A stretch of 64,000 bases of DNA from the NCBI GenBank assembly GCA_024408495.1, contig JAKSUY010000001.1, forward strand, positions 3,040-67,039, written 5' to 3'. This document shows, one piece after another, positions 1-9,067 of the stretch. The position numbers were made by a program, and so were the translations under genes. A model generated the notes under the pieces. The model did no database searches, had not been told where the DNA came from, and saw only the letters and a program-made list of their open reading frames with translations. Within the stretch, counting starts at the first letter, position 1. Every line of letters starts with the position of its first letter. Source of the DNA: Bacilli bacterium (GTDB taxonomy: Bacteria > Bacillota_I > Bacilli_A > RFN20 > CAG-826).

Positions 1-579
1 ATCCGCTTTCTTAAGTGGAGCGAAATCACGATGCGAATCAATATAATCTCTTTTCTTTACATCTTCTCTAATATCTTCAATGGTGCATGGAATATTTTTC
101 TCCATGTTTTCTTTATATCTTCTTTGAGCGCGGCATTCAACCGATGCAATCATAAAGATTTTTACTTCGGCATCAGGAATAACGTATGTTCCAATATCAC
201 GACCATCCATCACTACTGAATGAGTTTTTGCAAATTCTTTTTGAAGTCCAGAAAGCACTAAACGAATTCCCTTCATCGCAGCGATATAAGATACATTTGC
301 ATTAACTTCTGGAGTTCTGATTGCACGAGTAACATCCGTACCATTACATAAAACCGTATTGTCTGGTTTTAAATCAATTTTAATATCATTCACTACTGCT
401 TCACATGCTTTTTGATCTTGGCAGTTAATGCCTTTATTCATACAATACCAAGTCACACAACGATACATTGCACCGGTATCCATATAAGTATAGTTAAGTT
501 TCTTTGCAATAATTTTGGCAATGGTTGATTTACCAGCTGCGGCTGGTCCATCAATCGCTATTCGCACTAATTTATCCAT
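1..579 (-). CDS. cmk: cytidylate kinase, C-terminus cut by the window edge
   Basis: My own minus-strand translation from the ATG at 579-577 gives MDKLVRIAIDGPAAAGKSTIAKIIAKKLNYTYMDTGAMYRCVTWYCMNKGINC. It contains the P-loop GPAAAGKST and the DTGAMYR motif typical of Cmk. An AGGAG Shine-Dalgarno (SD) sequence lies about 8 nt upstream. The gene is absent from the ORF track because the ORF runs off the window. Confidence 0.85.
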   Translation of the reverse strand, partial: MDKLVRIAIDGPAAAGKSTIAKIIAKKLNYTYMDTGAMYRCVTWYCMNKGINCQDQKACEAVVNDIKIDLKPDNTVLCNGTDVTRAIRTPEVNANVSYIAAMKGIRLVLSGLQKEFAKTHSVVMDGRDIGTYVIPDAEVKIFMIASVECRAQRRYKENMEKNIPCTIEDIREDVKKRDYIDSHRDFAPLKKAD

Positions 580-636
580 AAATAAGTACTCCTAAAAATC
601 ACTATAAAACATTTTACATTAAAACTTTAACTAGTT

Positions 637-2796
637 TTAAAATTTAACGCAAACAGTACAATCAGTATAAGAATAATCTGCTGAAACGATTATGCTTGAG
701 CAACTTTTCATTTTTTCTTTAATCACATTAGCTAAAGATTGTACGTAATTCCATGAACCGAAAGAAAGATTGATGCAAAAATCTTCATTCATAATTGGAA
801 TAGCATTACCTAATGCCTTTGCTTCTATATCTGAATTTAAATCAAAATCATATTTTTTAGATTTATCAAATATATCAGTTGTATAAATGTTACTAACAAG
901 TGGACTATTTGATTTAGTAACATCAGTAAACAACGCTTCTTTAAAATCTGATGGTTTCGCTGCTTCTTTGGCTACTTCTTCAGCTTGTGTTGGAGAATAT
1001 CCTTGATCAATACAAGCATTATAAATAGCTTTATAGGTGTAACTATAAAAATAATTAGATTGAGTCATAAATGGTTGATAACTAATTGCTGAGTAGTTGT
1101 AATTAACAAATTCTTCATCAGCATCATTATCTTTATGAGCCCAAGTCGGACAAATTAAATACCACTTTCCATCACTATGATGATAATAATTCCAAGCATG
1201 TCCGGAAACTACTGATTTTCCTTCTTCATCTAGGTATGTAGCAAATCCTGCTGAACGAATAATCGGTAATCCTTCAATGCCGCCCATAATCGCTAAGGCT
1301 TTAGAGAAGCCATCACAAACCGCGATGCCTTTATTCAAGAAAACGCCTTCAGCAAAATAACTAGACCAATTATAAAAATCCTCGGCTTCTTCAGGAGCAG
1401 GATTTTGTGTAATCCAGTGATCATAATGAGTATTATCCATTAACCATTCGAACAATTGGCGAACTTTCATTAAATCATCAGTTGTTTCAGTACCAAATGC
1501 ATTAGCGCATGCTCCACGCGCTTCTTGATAGACTTGATAAGCACGATTAGCGACACTACCCACAATAGCGATTTCGGCGCCATCAAATATCGGTCTAAAT
1601 CCTCTTTCAAGCGCAAAGAATAAAGTTTCTGAATTATGCACTTTTAATCTTTTTTTAGCATCATCAATCGCAAAATGATCGCCAGAACGAGGTTGGATTT
1701 TAGAATGACGGAGTTCATAGGCCGCATTTTTTAAATTTTTATAATAGTATTGACTATAACTAGACTGTGATATGTCTTTTGATTTAGTTGCCATCTCCTC
1801 TGAAGGTTTTAATTCAACGTGATTAGTTTTGCCAATACCAGTATTCCATGTATATCTTTCATAAACGGATGGGGCACTTAATCTAGTCTCTATCCGATTA
1901 TTTAAGAAATCATCAAGACTGTCTTGATTATCGTAATTAAAAGTTAGAGTAATGTCATATGCACCGCGACCGATGGCGAAATCAAAACTTTCTGCTGCTT
2001 CTTGCGTAGTAGTCGGATGATGAACACTAACATTAACAGAATCGCTTCCTCTTCCATCAGAAACAGTCACAGTAGCTGTACCTTCTACATTTCCATTAGC
2101 AGCATCAAGATAAATACAAGACCGCGACTTATCAAGTTCTACAGTTAATATATTTTTATTGCTACTTGTTGCGGTTATGTTATCCGTTTGCTCATCACCA
2201 TAAGAAACGACCGTTGAACCATATGAAACAATGGAACTATTTTCTGGTGCATCTAAATATATTTTTCTTGTTTCTCGATATTGCGCATATACAGTAAAAT
2301 CATCTTCTACAATATAATCGGTATTAATAGTTTCTTCACCAGCAGCATCAAAAGTCCAATATTTAAATTCGTAATTCTCTTTTGTTGCGGTTGGTTTATC
2401 ACATTTACTAAATAATGCGCCATCTTCAACGCTTCTAGTTTTTTCGCCAACTATGCTTCCACCATTCTCATTAAAAGTAACGGTGTGACATTCATTCGCA
2501 AAATGAGCGTACACTTCAATATCACTAGTAATTTTATACGAAGCTTCTACTTTATTAGAACCTTCTATATCAAATGCCCAATATTTAAATAACTCATTAA
2601 CCTTAGTTACAATAGGTGTGTCGCACTGACTGAATGATGTTCCCGACTTAACCTGAATCGATGAAGATCCGCTTGTAATTGTTCCACTGTTTGGATTAAA
2701 AGTCACCGTGCATAAATCTTGAGTAGGTTTATTTCCGCACGAAAATAAAGTTGGTAGAACTAAAGTAAAAATAAAAAGTACTTTTCCGTGCTTCAT
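637..2796 (-). CDS. surface lipoprotein with Listeria-Bacteroides-type repeats, an Ig-like segment and a C-terminal transglutaminase-like cysteine protease core
   Basis: There is a signal peptide with lipobox LFSC. Two roughly 70-aa repeats are present (CTVTFNPNSG...KYWAFD...VYAHF and CHTVTFNENGG...FKYWTFD...VYAQY). A TATVTVSDG segment follows. The C-terminus carries a Cys/His/Asp core (CDGFSKALAIMGGIEGLP ... GHAWNYY ... ICPTWA). Confidence 0.7.
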   Translation of the reverse strand: MKHGKVLFIFTLVLPTLFSCGNKPTQDLCTVTFNPNSGTITSGSSSIQVKSGTSFSQCDTPIVTKVNELFKYWAFDIEGSNKVEASYKITSDIEVYAHFANECHTVTFNENGGSIVGEKTRSVEDGALFSKCDKPTATKENYEFKYWTFDAAGEETINTDYIVEDDFTVYAQYRETRKIYLDAPENSSIVSYGSTVVSYGDEQTDNITATSSNKNILTVELDKSRSCIYLDAANGNVEGTATVTVSDGRGSDSVNVSVHHPTTTQEAAESFDFAIGRGAYDITLTFNYDNQDSLDDFLNNRIETRLSAPSVYERYTWNTGIGKTNHVELKPSEEMATKSKDISQSSYSQYYYKNLKNAAYELRHSKIQPRSGDHFAIDDAKKRLKVHNSETLFFALERGFRPIFDGAEIAIVGSVANRAYQVYQEARGACANAFGTETTDDLMKVRQLFEWLMDNTHYDHWITQNPAPEEAEDFYNWSSYFAEGVFLNKGIAVCDGFSKALAIMGGIEGLPIIRSAGFATYLDEEGKSVVSGHAWNYYHHSDGKWYLICPTWAHKDNDADEEFVNYNYSAISYQPFMTQSNYFYSYTYKAIYNACIDQGYSPTQAEEVAKEAAKPSDFKEALFTDVTKSNSPLVSNIYTTDIFDKSKKYDFDLNSDIEAKALGNAIPIMNEDFCINLSFGSWNYVQSLANVIKEKMKSCSSIIVSADYSYTDCTVCVKF

Positions 2797-2827
2797 ATAT
2801 TAGTAATATATCGTAAATTTCATAAAC

Positions 2828-2857
2828 TTGCATATTGTTTCATAATTCAAGTATAAT
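2828..2857 (+). promoter_or_regulatory. candidate sigma-70 promoter for the ferredoxin gene
   Basis: TTGCAT (2828-2833), an 18-nt spacer, then TATAAT (2852-2857). A GGAGG SD lies about 10 nt before the ATG at 2884. Confidence 0.35.
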
Positions 2858-2883
2858 TTAATAGTTAACGGAGGCTATATAAT

Positions 2884-3057
2884 ATGGCAGTTAAATTAAA
2901 AGTTAATAAAGATGTTTGCATCGGATGCGGTGCATGCGTTGGTGCCTTACCAGATGCCTTTACCTTTGATGCGGACGGCAAAGCTGAATGCGTTAAAGAG
3001 GTTGAAAAACCAGAAGAGGTCAAAGCGAATTGCCCAGTTGGTGCAATCGAAGGCTAA
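2884..3057 (+). CDS. small 4Fe-4S ferredoxin (57 aa)
   Basis: My own translation is MAVKLKVNKDVCIGCGACVGALPDAFTFDADGKAECVKEVEKPEEVKANCPVGAIEG. It has a CxxCxxC...CP cluster motif, a GGAGG SD and a terminator directly downstream. It falls below the length cutoff of the ORF track. Confidence 0.8.
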   Translation: MAVKLKVNKDVCIGCGACVGALPDAFTFDADGKAECVKEVEKPEEVKANCPVGAIEG

Positions 3058-3071
3058 GTAGCTTATTAACT

Positions 3072-3100
3072 AAAGGCGCCCTAAAGGGCGCTTTTATTTT
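3072..3100 (+). terminator. rho-independent terminator after the ferredoxin gene
   Basis: AAAGGCGCCC-TAAA-GGGCGCTTTTATTTT forms a GC stem followed by a T-run. Confidence 0.6.
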
Positions 3101-3128
3101 ACCTATAAAACCGATATAATTGTTCATT

Positions 3129-4532
3129 ATGAATTTAGTTTTTAAAGACAAAGGGCTTCGTAAACAAGTATTTTCTTTAGCGATTCCGTTTTTCTTACAA
3201 GAAGCGATTTTAGTCTTAACTAGTTTTTTAACTGCTCTAATGTTTAATCCCACCATTCCAGTAGAAAAAAGTGCAATCCTTAACGGAGTTGGCACCGCAG
3301 GCAATGTCTACTTCTTATTTAACATTACAGTAGGAGCGTTAGTGTTTATTGGAAATCTATTTATTTCTCAACATTATGGAAAAGGGAGATATGATGAAGT
3401 TGAAAAAGATTTCTACTTATCTTTAAAAATTGTCGCAGTTTTATCCGTTATCTTTTTTGTGCTATCTATGGCGATCCCTAGCCAAATCTTATCGATTTTT
3501 ATCCCAGGTCAAGAAGAAGCGATTATGTATGGCACCAAGTATTTGAGAATATTTGCTATCTCACTACTCTTTAACGGATTCTCGCTCATTTACTATTGTT
3601 TCATGAAGAATACTGGTTTAGAAAAACTTGCTACCACTAATTCATTAATTACCTTAAGCCTATTAGCTTTATTAAATGGAATTTTTATTTTCGGAGTTGA
3701 TATGGGGCTACAAGGCATTGCTCTTTCGATAGTAATCGCTCGTTGCGTAGAAATGATTCTTAATATTGTATTCGTACAAACTAAAGGCAAAATTAAAGTT
3801 AATCCTAAAAACTTTTTTAAACGTTCTCATCGCTTTAAAGAATTCTTTAAACGCGGCGGACCATTAACATTAGCTAAATTAAGTTGGGCAACTGGATTTT
3901 TAATGATATCAGTTGTGTTAGGTCAGCTAGTAAAAAATTTAACTGATGCCGGTGTTGCTAACGCAGATGCTATTACTACTGCTAACATTCTTTTATCAAA
4001 CGCTATTAATATCGTTATGAGCGTTCCTAATTGCGTTGCCCCGACGGTTAGCGTAATTGTTGGTCGTCAGTTAGGCGCTAATAAATTAGAACAAGCGAAA
4101 GACAGCTCAAAACAAATATTGCGATTTACTGCTGTGTTAACCATTTTTGCGGTTTGCGCAACCATGTTATCTTATCCAATCATTTACGCCACGCATAGTA
4201 ATGTTAGCGGTGATATAGATGTAAGTAATTATCTTTTATATTTCACTATTATTGTAGCGGTAATAACTATTCCTAGAGGATTTAACGGTCCGATTGAGAA
4301 CGGGATTTTAAATGTAGGCGGTGATAACTTATATGTTAGCATCCTTGATGCTACAACATGGGTAATTCCGGTTGGACTTGGTTTTATTGGTGTTAATTGT
4401 GGTTGGCATCCCGTTGCCGTATTCGCAGTTTTGCAACTTGAAGAAGTAATTAAATGCCCAATTAATTTCTGGCGTTATAAAACCAATAAATGGGTTAAAA
4501 ACATTACCACCACTAATGAAGCAATTAACTAG
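3129..4532 (+). CDS. MATE family efflux transporter
   Basis: The product is a roughly 467-aa protein with about 12 transmembrane (TM) helices. The N-terminus is MATE-like (LRKQVFSLAIPFFLQEAILVL). The ATG at 3129 is preferred over the TTG at 3120 used by the ORF track. Confidence 0.7.
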   Translation: MNLVFKDKGLRKQVFSLAIPFFLQEAILVLTSFLTALMFNPTIPVEKSAILNGVGTAGNVYFLFNITVGALVFIGNLFISQHYGKGRYDEVEKDFYLSLKIVAVLSVIFFVLSMAIPSQILSIFIPGQEEAIMYGTKYLRIFAISLLFNGFSLIYYCFMKNTGLEKLATTNSLITLSLLALLNGIFIFGVDMGLQGIALSIVIARCVEMILNIVFVQTKGKIKVNPKNFFKRSHRFKEFFKRGGPLTLAKLSWATGFLMISVVLGQLVKNLTDAGVANADAITTANILLSNAINIVMSVPNCVAPTVSVIVGRQLGANKLEQAKDSSKQILRFTAVLTIFAVCATMLSYPIIYATHSNVSGDIDVSNYLLYFTIIVAVITIPRGFNGPIENGILNVGGDNLYVSILDATTWVIPVGLGFIGVNCGWHPVAVFAVLQLEEVIKCPINFWRYKTNKWVKNITTTNEAIN

Positions 4533-4559
4533 TTTTATAATTGATTGATATAGATAAAT

Positions 4560-6632
4560 TTATTCGTTAGTGACAATAAAATTAGTGTGAGTGCTCGAGT
4601 CGGCATAAAGTTTACCTTCATAGCCTTCTTGAGTGCAACGGGTAATATAAACCTTATATTTGTTATCATCTGATTGATGCTGGCTATCAACTTGAATAGC
4701 GGCTTTATTTGATATAGCTTTTTCTCCACTAATTGCAAAATGACAGTCGGTAAACTTAAACACTGCTCCAACCCCAGCTCCCTCTGAATAAATTTTCACA
4801 GCTTTTCCTTGTGAAAGGAAATTACAACGATTAAATTCTATATTAAAAGATGAGTAACTATAAATAGCATAATCAGGTTTATCTACCATATTCGATGAAT
4901 CAAACTCACAATCGTTGCAAATTACTTGATCAGAATAGAATGATTGTTTACCTATAAAACGGCAATAATTATAAGTAATTGTTGAAGCATATAGACCGAA
5001 ATAGAAACCGTCATCATATCTATCTTCGCCAACCATCTTTAAATTTTCAAAAACGAAATTAACAAATAAATGGTAGCGAGGATACGGCCATTCAGTAGCA
5101 CGAGTACAAAGAATTGAAGCGGTAGGATTGCCATTTTCATTAAGCAAACCATGAGCATTTACGGTGATTACTTTTTGGCCAGCTCCGCGACTACCACCTA
5201 ATTCATAATTTCCATTAATGAAATACATATCCAAAACCGAATGATCAGCAGCGGTATTAACAATATTAGCCATTTCACTAATATTGTGCATTACATACTT
5301 ATCATCAGATGAATTTTCGCTATTTTCAATCATTAGGAATTTATTATTAAAGCCTGATAAATCAGCATCAGGAATTAATGTTTGAGCCCCACAGCTTTTG
5401 CAAACACTATATAACCGATTATCTATCACTGTATAATCAACCTCTTTATGTTGGCATTCACTATAATTAGCATTTAACGTGATAGAACCAGCTTTGTTGA
5501 TTTTAGTATTTTTTTGATAATGAGTAACATCACCTACAATTGTCCAATAAGTAAATTCCTGACTCGCAGTAGGAGGTGTTGGCGCTACGTAGCCTTCTAA
5601 TTCACTTAAAGTAATACCGCTATAAGTATCAAACGGACCAGGCGTTACCCCACCCGGGAAAGATCCTCCGTTTGGATTTAAAGTAATGAATAGGTCTTCG
5701 CTATAAATTGCCTCTAGACCAAAATTATCATCCCATTCATCAGGAATAGTTACAGTATCTATAGGTGAATAATGCTTATAATTAACATCTCGATAATAAA
5801 GAAATTTATGATTAGCCTTCGATGGTTCGCCAGGATAGCCTCTAATTTCTTCAATTTTTGTATCATATAAAGTAGTTAAACGAAGCCACTCGTTTATAGC
5901 CATTCCAGGGAAAGCGCCGCCAGCGGGGTTAATATTAACTTTAACTTCATTTAATTCACAATTTGCTACGTACGTAGCTCCCTCAGGTGCATACGGAATA
6001 ACATCTTCTTCATAAAGTTTTATTTCGCGATTACTTTCAAGTTCCCAATGAGTGAAATGATAACCTTCACGGAAACGACTTGGTCTAGTGTAATCTGGTA
6101 AATCATTTAATGTGCATCCTGAAGGGACATCAAAAGTTTTGGTTTCAGTCCCATCTCCAAATTTTCCTCCGTTCGCCTTCAAAATAATAGGGAATGTATC
6201 TGTAGGAGCCACCAACGAAACGTTAATAGAAATATCACCCTTAATATTTTCCTTAGGAATAGTGATATGAGCAGAGAATTTGTCAGCATTTACATTATAG
6301 GTATAAGTAATTGGTTCGTTTTTACATAATACATCAGAGACGCCTAAAGCATCTGGCATGACTTTATCTTTGATAATCGAACGATTAAGTGAAATATTCG
6401 CGGAATAATTATTTTCTGGATACGCTTTATCACTAGAAAGAGTTAAGCCTCCCTCATAATCATTAGCGAGTTTTACTTTATAACTAATAGTTGGAACAGA
6501 ACACCCAGGTAATAATTTAGCGATGCCAAAACCGGTTGGAATTAAGAAAACAATCCAAAACAAAATAGCGAGAAATCTTTTCTTCTTTCTTTTTTCGTTG
6601 TCAAAATCGTTTAATTGTTCGTTATCTACCAT
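4560..6632 (-). CDS. membrane-anchored surface protein with Listeria-Bacteroides-type repeats and a probable C-terminal beta-helix domain
   Basis: An N-terminal TM anchor is present (FLAILFWIVFLIPTGFGIA). At least three repeats of the NGG-F-G ... (F/Y)T(H/Y)W type follow. The Cys- and Asn-rich C-terminal region has a repetitive strand pattern. Confidence 0.55.
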   Translation of the reverse strand: MVDNEQLNDFDNEKRKKKRFLAILFWIVFLIPTGFGIAKLLPGCSVPTISYKVKLANDYEGGLTLSSDKAYPENNYSANISLNRSIIKDKVMPDALGVSDVLCKNEPITYTYNVNADKFSAHITIPKENIKGDISINVSLVAPTDTFPIILKANGGKFGDGTETKTFDVPSGCTLNDLPDYTRPSRFREGYHFTHWELESNREIKLYEEDVIPYAPEGATYVANCELNEVKVNINPAGGAFPGMAINEWLRLTTLYDTKIEEIRGYPGEPSKANHKFLYYRDVNYKHYSPIDTVTIPDEWDDNFGLEAIYSEDLFITLNPNGGSFPGGVTPGPFDTYSGITLSELEGYVAPTPPTASQEFTYWTIVGDVTHYQKNTKINKAGSITLNANYSECQHKEVDYTVIDNRLYSVCKSCGAQTLIPDADLSGFNNKFLMIENSENSSDDKYVMHNISEMANIVNTAADHSVLDMYFINGNYELGGSRGAGQKVITVNAHGLLNENGNPTASILCTRATEWPYPRYHLFVNFVFENLKMVGEDRYDDGFYFGLYASTITYNYCRFIGKQSFYSDQVICNDCEFDSSNMVDKPDYAIYSYSSFNIEFNRCNFLSQGKAVKIYSEGAGVGAVFKFTDCHFAISGEKAISNKAAIQVDSQHQSDDNKYKVYITRCTQEGYEGKLYADSSTHTNFIVTNE

Positions 6633-6683
6633 AATAACACTTATATCTTATAAGAATAATTGCACTATATACAATAATAAATT

Positions 6684-6713
6684 AAAAAAAGCATCACATA
6701 GGTGATGCTTTTG
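6684..6713 (-). terminator. rho-independent terminator of rplM-rpsI
   Basis: On the minus strand the sequence is AGCATCAC-CTAT-GTGATGCT followed by TTTTTTT. The stem is 6690-6697 paired with 6702-6709. Confidence 0.7.
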
Positions 6714-6728
6714 TTGAACTTTAGAAGA

Positions 6729-7115
6729 TTAACGCTTACTAAATTGTGGTGCACGACGTGCGCCTTTTAAGCCATACTTCTTTCTTTCTTTTGCTCTTGA
6801 ATCACGGGTTAATAAACCTGCATCCTTAAGCGTTTGACGGTCAGCGCCACTATTAAGAAGCGCGCGGGCAATACCTAAACGAATTGCACCCGCTTGACCA
6901 GTGAAGCCACCGCCTTTGACATTAACAACTACATCGTACTTTTCAGCATTACCGGATAATACTAATGGTTGCTTTAAATCAATGACTAAGGTCTCGTAAG
7001 GCATATATTTATTGACATCTTTACCATTAACGGTAATTTTGCCCTTACCTTTCTTAAGGACAACGCGCGCGACGCTTGATTTACGTCTGCCGGTTCCTAA
7101 AAATTGTTCTGCCAT
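6729..7115 (-). CDS. rpsI: 30S ribosomal protein S9
   Basis: 128 aa with a typical S9 sequence, including the C-terminus [12 protein letters not shown]. Confidence 0.97.
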   Translation of the reverse strand: MAEQFLGTGRRKSSVARVVLKKGKGKITVNGKDVNKYMPYETLVIDLKQPLVLSGNAEKYDVVVNVKGGGFTGQAGAIRLGIARALLNSGADRQTLKDAGLLTRDSRAKERKKYGLKGARRAPQFSKR

Positions 7116-7567
7116 TACTTCTTACCTCCGTACTTTACTTCGTACTTAACTGGCTTTTGTGCTTCTTTATCGTGTTTCTCTTCTGGGAACACAAAAAGCT
7201 TTTTAATCATTTGACGACCTAACGGGCCTTTTGGGATCATTCCCCAAACTGCACGAGTCATCATTTCTTCGGGATAACGCTCAAGCATTTCCCCAGCGGT
7301 TCTGGTTCTAAGACCACCCGCAAAGCCAGACACATTGTAGTATTTCTTGTTGTGGATCTTGTTGCCACTTAAAGCAACATGCTTAGCATTAATCACAACC
7401 ACATAGTCGCCACAATCAGTGTTGGGCGTATAAATTGCTTTATTCTTACCCATGATTAAGATTGCGATTTCACTCGCTAAGCGACCTAATGGTTGATCTT
7501 TAGCATCCACTAAATACCAAGTCCGTTTAATGTCTTTGTTTTTGGCTATCGTTGTTTGACGTTGCAT
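7115..7567 (-). CDS. rplM: 50S ribosomal protein L13
   Basis: 150 aa with a typical L13 N-terminus ([16 protein letters not shown]). There is a 1-nt stop/start overlap with rpsI. Confidence 0.97.
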   Translation of the reverse strand: MQRQTTIAKNKDIKRTWYLVDAKDQPLGRLASEIAILIMGKNKAIYTPNTDCGDYVVVINAKHVALSGNKIHNKKYYNVSGFAGGLRTRTAGEMLERYPEEMMTRAVWGMIPKGPLGRQMIKKLFVFPEEKHDKEAQKPVKYEVKYGGKK

Positions 7568-7644
7568 ACTAAACTCCTTTACTAACGTAATTTATTCTTA
7601 CCGGGACTAAATTATTGTGTAGTAATTTTAAAGCCGTGCTTATT

Positions 7645-7673
7645 ATCATATGGATTTTATAAAAGAGTGTCAA
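7645..7673 (-). promoter_or_regulatory. sigma-70 promoter of rplM-rpsI
   Basis: On the minus strand: TTGACA (7673-7668), a 17-nt spacer, then TATGAT (7650-7645). This leaves a 5' UTR of about 70 nt. Confidence 0.55.
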
Positions 7674-7701
7674 GTTTTAGTTTACTTTTTAAATAACAGA
7701 G

Positions 7702-7818
7702 TTATTTTAAAACTGTTGATAGCACAACTGATAAAACTATTATAATCACTAACAAAACAATACTAACGATGAGCAAAGGTTTATTGATGTGGAAACCGTT
7801 ATTATCATTATTATCCAT
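7702..7818 (-). CDS. possible 38-aa single-TM micro-protein
   Basis: My own translation is MDNNDNNGFHINKPLLIVSIVLLVIIIVLSVVLSTVLK. Its ATG overlaps the TAA of the upstream gene (TAATG). Confidence 0.3.
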   Translation of the reverse strand: MDNNDNNGFHINKPLLIVSIVLLVIIIVLSVVLSTVLK

Positions 7819-8585
7819 TATTCTCTTATCCTTACTACTTTGACCGCTAAAAAGCAGAGATAGGTAACAATTAAAGTATTAGCCGGTAAATAAATAAAAG
7901 CAATAAATAAAGATGGAAAGAAAATTGTCTCAAATGTCATTTCAATCATCCACATTTTCGCGAATACATTAATAAATAAAGTAAAAACTACTTCGATTAT
8001 CACTACAATAAACGAGATTTGATAAGGCGATGGAAGGTTTGGATATTCCTCTCTTCTTTTTTTAAAGCGTCGATTAAGAAAATAAGTAAAAAGTGCAAAT
8101 AAACCCATAAGAATAAATGCAACAATAGGCACTACTATTCTTGCTACAAGGTTAATGGTAAATAAATGGTCAAATAAAGTAATTTCACTTGCAGTTGCCA
8201 TATAAATAGTTAGCGAAATAACAATCACCGATAATAAAGCAAAAAACATAATGGAATAAACTAAATCTTTGGCTTTTACCTTTCTAAATAACATCATAAG
8301 TAAACCAGGAGTCGCACCCATTAAACCATAAGAAATCGTCATAAGTGGATTATAAGCCATTCCTAAATACGGGGAGATGGCGATTCCAATTAAATCACCA
8401 GCAATACCAACAACTGCTCCGCTAATTGGTCCAAGTAATATAGAAGAGAAAATTAAAATGGCTACGCCAGCACTTAGTCTTACCGCTTGAGTAACCGGAA
8501 CCATAATAAAACGAGTAGCTACCATATATACGGCAATCATCATCGCGGTAAATGTCATTCTTTGTAGGATACTTAATTTAAACAT
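7818..8585 (-). CDS. ECF-transporter S-component-like membrane protein (folate-family-like)
   Basis: A multi-TM protein of 255 aa. The pattern LLGPISGAVVGIAGDLIGIAISP...YNPLMTISYGLMG resembles FolT-type S components. Confidence 0.45.
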   Translation of the reverse strand: MFKLSILQRMTFTAMMIAVYMVATRFIMVPVTQAVRLSAGVAILIFSSILLGPISGAVVGIAGDLIGIAISPYLGMAYNPLMTISYGLMGATPGLLMMLFRKVKAKDLVYSIMFFALLSVIVISLTIYMATASEITLFDHLFTINLVARIVVPIVAFILMGLFALFTYFLNRRFKKRREEYPNLPSPYQISFIVVIIEVVFTLFINVFAKMWMIEMTFETIFFPSLFIAFIYLPANTLIVTYLCFLAVKVVRIRE

Positions 8586-8587
8586 AA

Positions 8588-9067
8588 CTAATAAATAGGT
8601 TTACCCTTATTTTTGATAACTTTACGGATTTCACGTTGTTGGTCTTTTTTCTTGATTGAATCACGTTTATCAAATAATTTTTTTGGTTTGCCTAAAGCGA
8701 TTTCGATTTTAGCACGTCCTTTTTTAAAATAGGCTTTGGTAGGAATTAACACTTGGCCTTTTGTATCCACCGCAACACGATAACGAATGATTTCTTTTTT
8801 ATGCATCAATAACTTTCTAGTGCGTAACGGATCATGATTAAAAATATTTCCCTTTTCATATGGTGCGATATGCATATTAATAATAAATGCTTCGTTATTT
8901 TTAAATACCACATAAGCATCTTGAAGCGTCACTCCGTGTAACCGCAAAGCTTTGATTTCGGTCCCAGTTAAACTAATCCCGCATTCTAAAAAATCAGTCA
9001 ATAAATAGTTATAATGAGCCTTGCGATTACTCGCAATGAGATGAGTATTATTTTCTTTATTTGTCAT
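8588..9067 (-). CDS. smpB: SsrA-binding protein
   Basis: The sequence NRKAHYNYLL...GTEIKALR...TRKLLMHKKEI is classic SmpB. The start is placed at MTNKENN (ATG 9067). The ORF-track N-terminal extension overlaps the upstream gene. Confidence 0.92.
   Translation of the reverse strand: MTNKENNTHLIASNRKAHYNYLLTDFLECGISLTGTEIKALRLHGVTLQDAYVVFKNNEAFIINMHIAPYEKGNIFNHDPLRTRKLLMHKKEIIRYRVAVDTKGQVLIPTKAYFKKGRAKIEIALGKPKKLFDKRDSIKKKDQQREIRKVIKNKGKPIY

Noticed and set aside
31-219. A 62-aa plus-strand ORF lies at the window start.
   Set aside because: It lies antisense inside the clearly recognisable cmk coding sequence.
3020-3304. A 94-aa minus-strand ORF spans the ferredoxin end, the terminator and the MATE start.
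   Set aside because: It overlaps two better-supported plus-strand genes and a terminator hairpin. It has no motif and no SD.
7568-7644. I considered a possible L13 ribosomal-protein leader in the rplM 5' UTR.
   Set aside because: The UTR is about 70 nt and could hold a hairpin, but I cannot recall the family consensus well enough to call it. It would need cmscan with RF00555.
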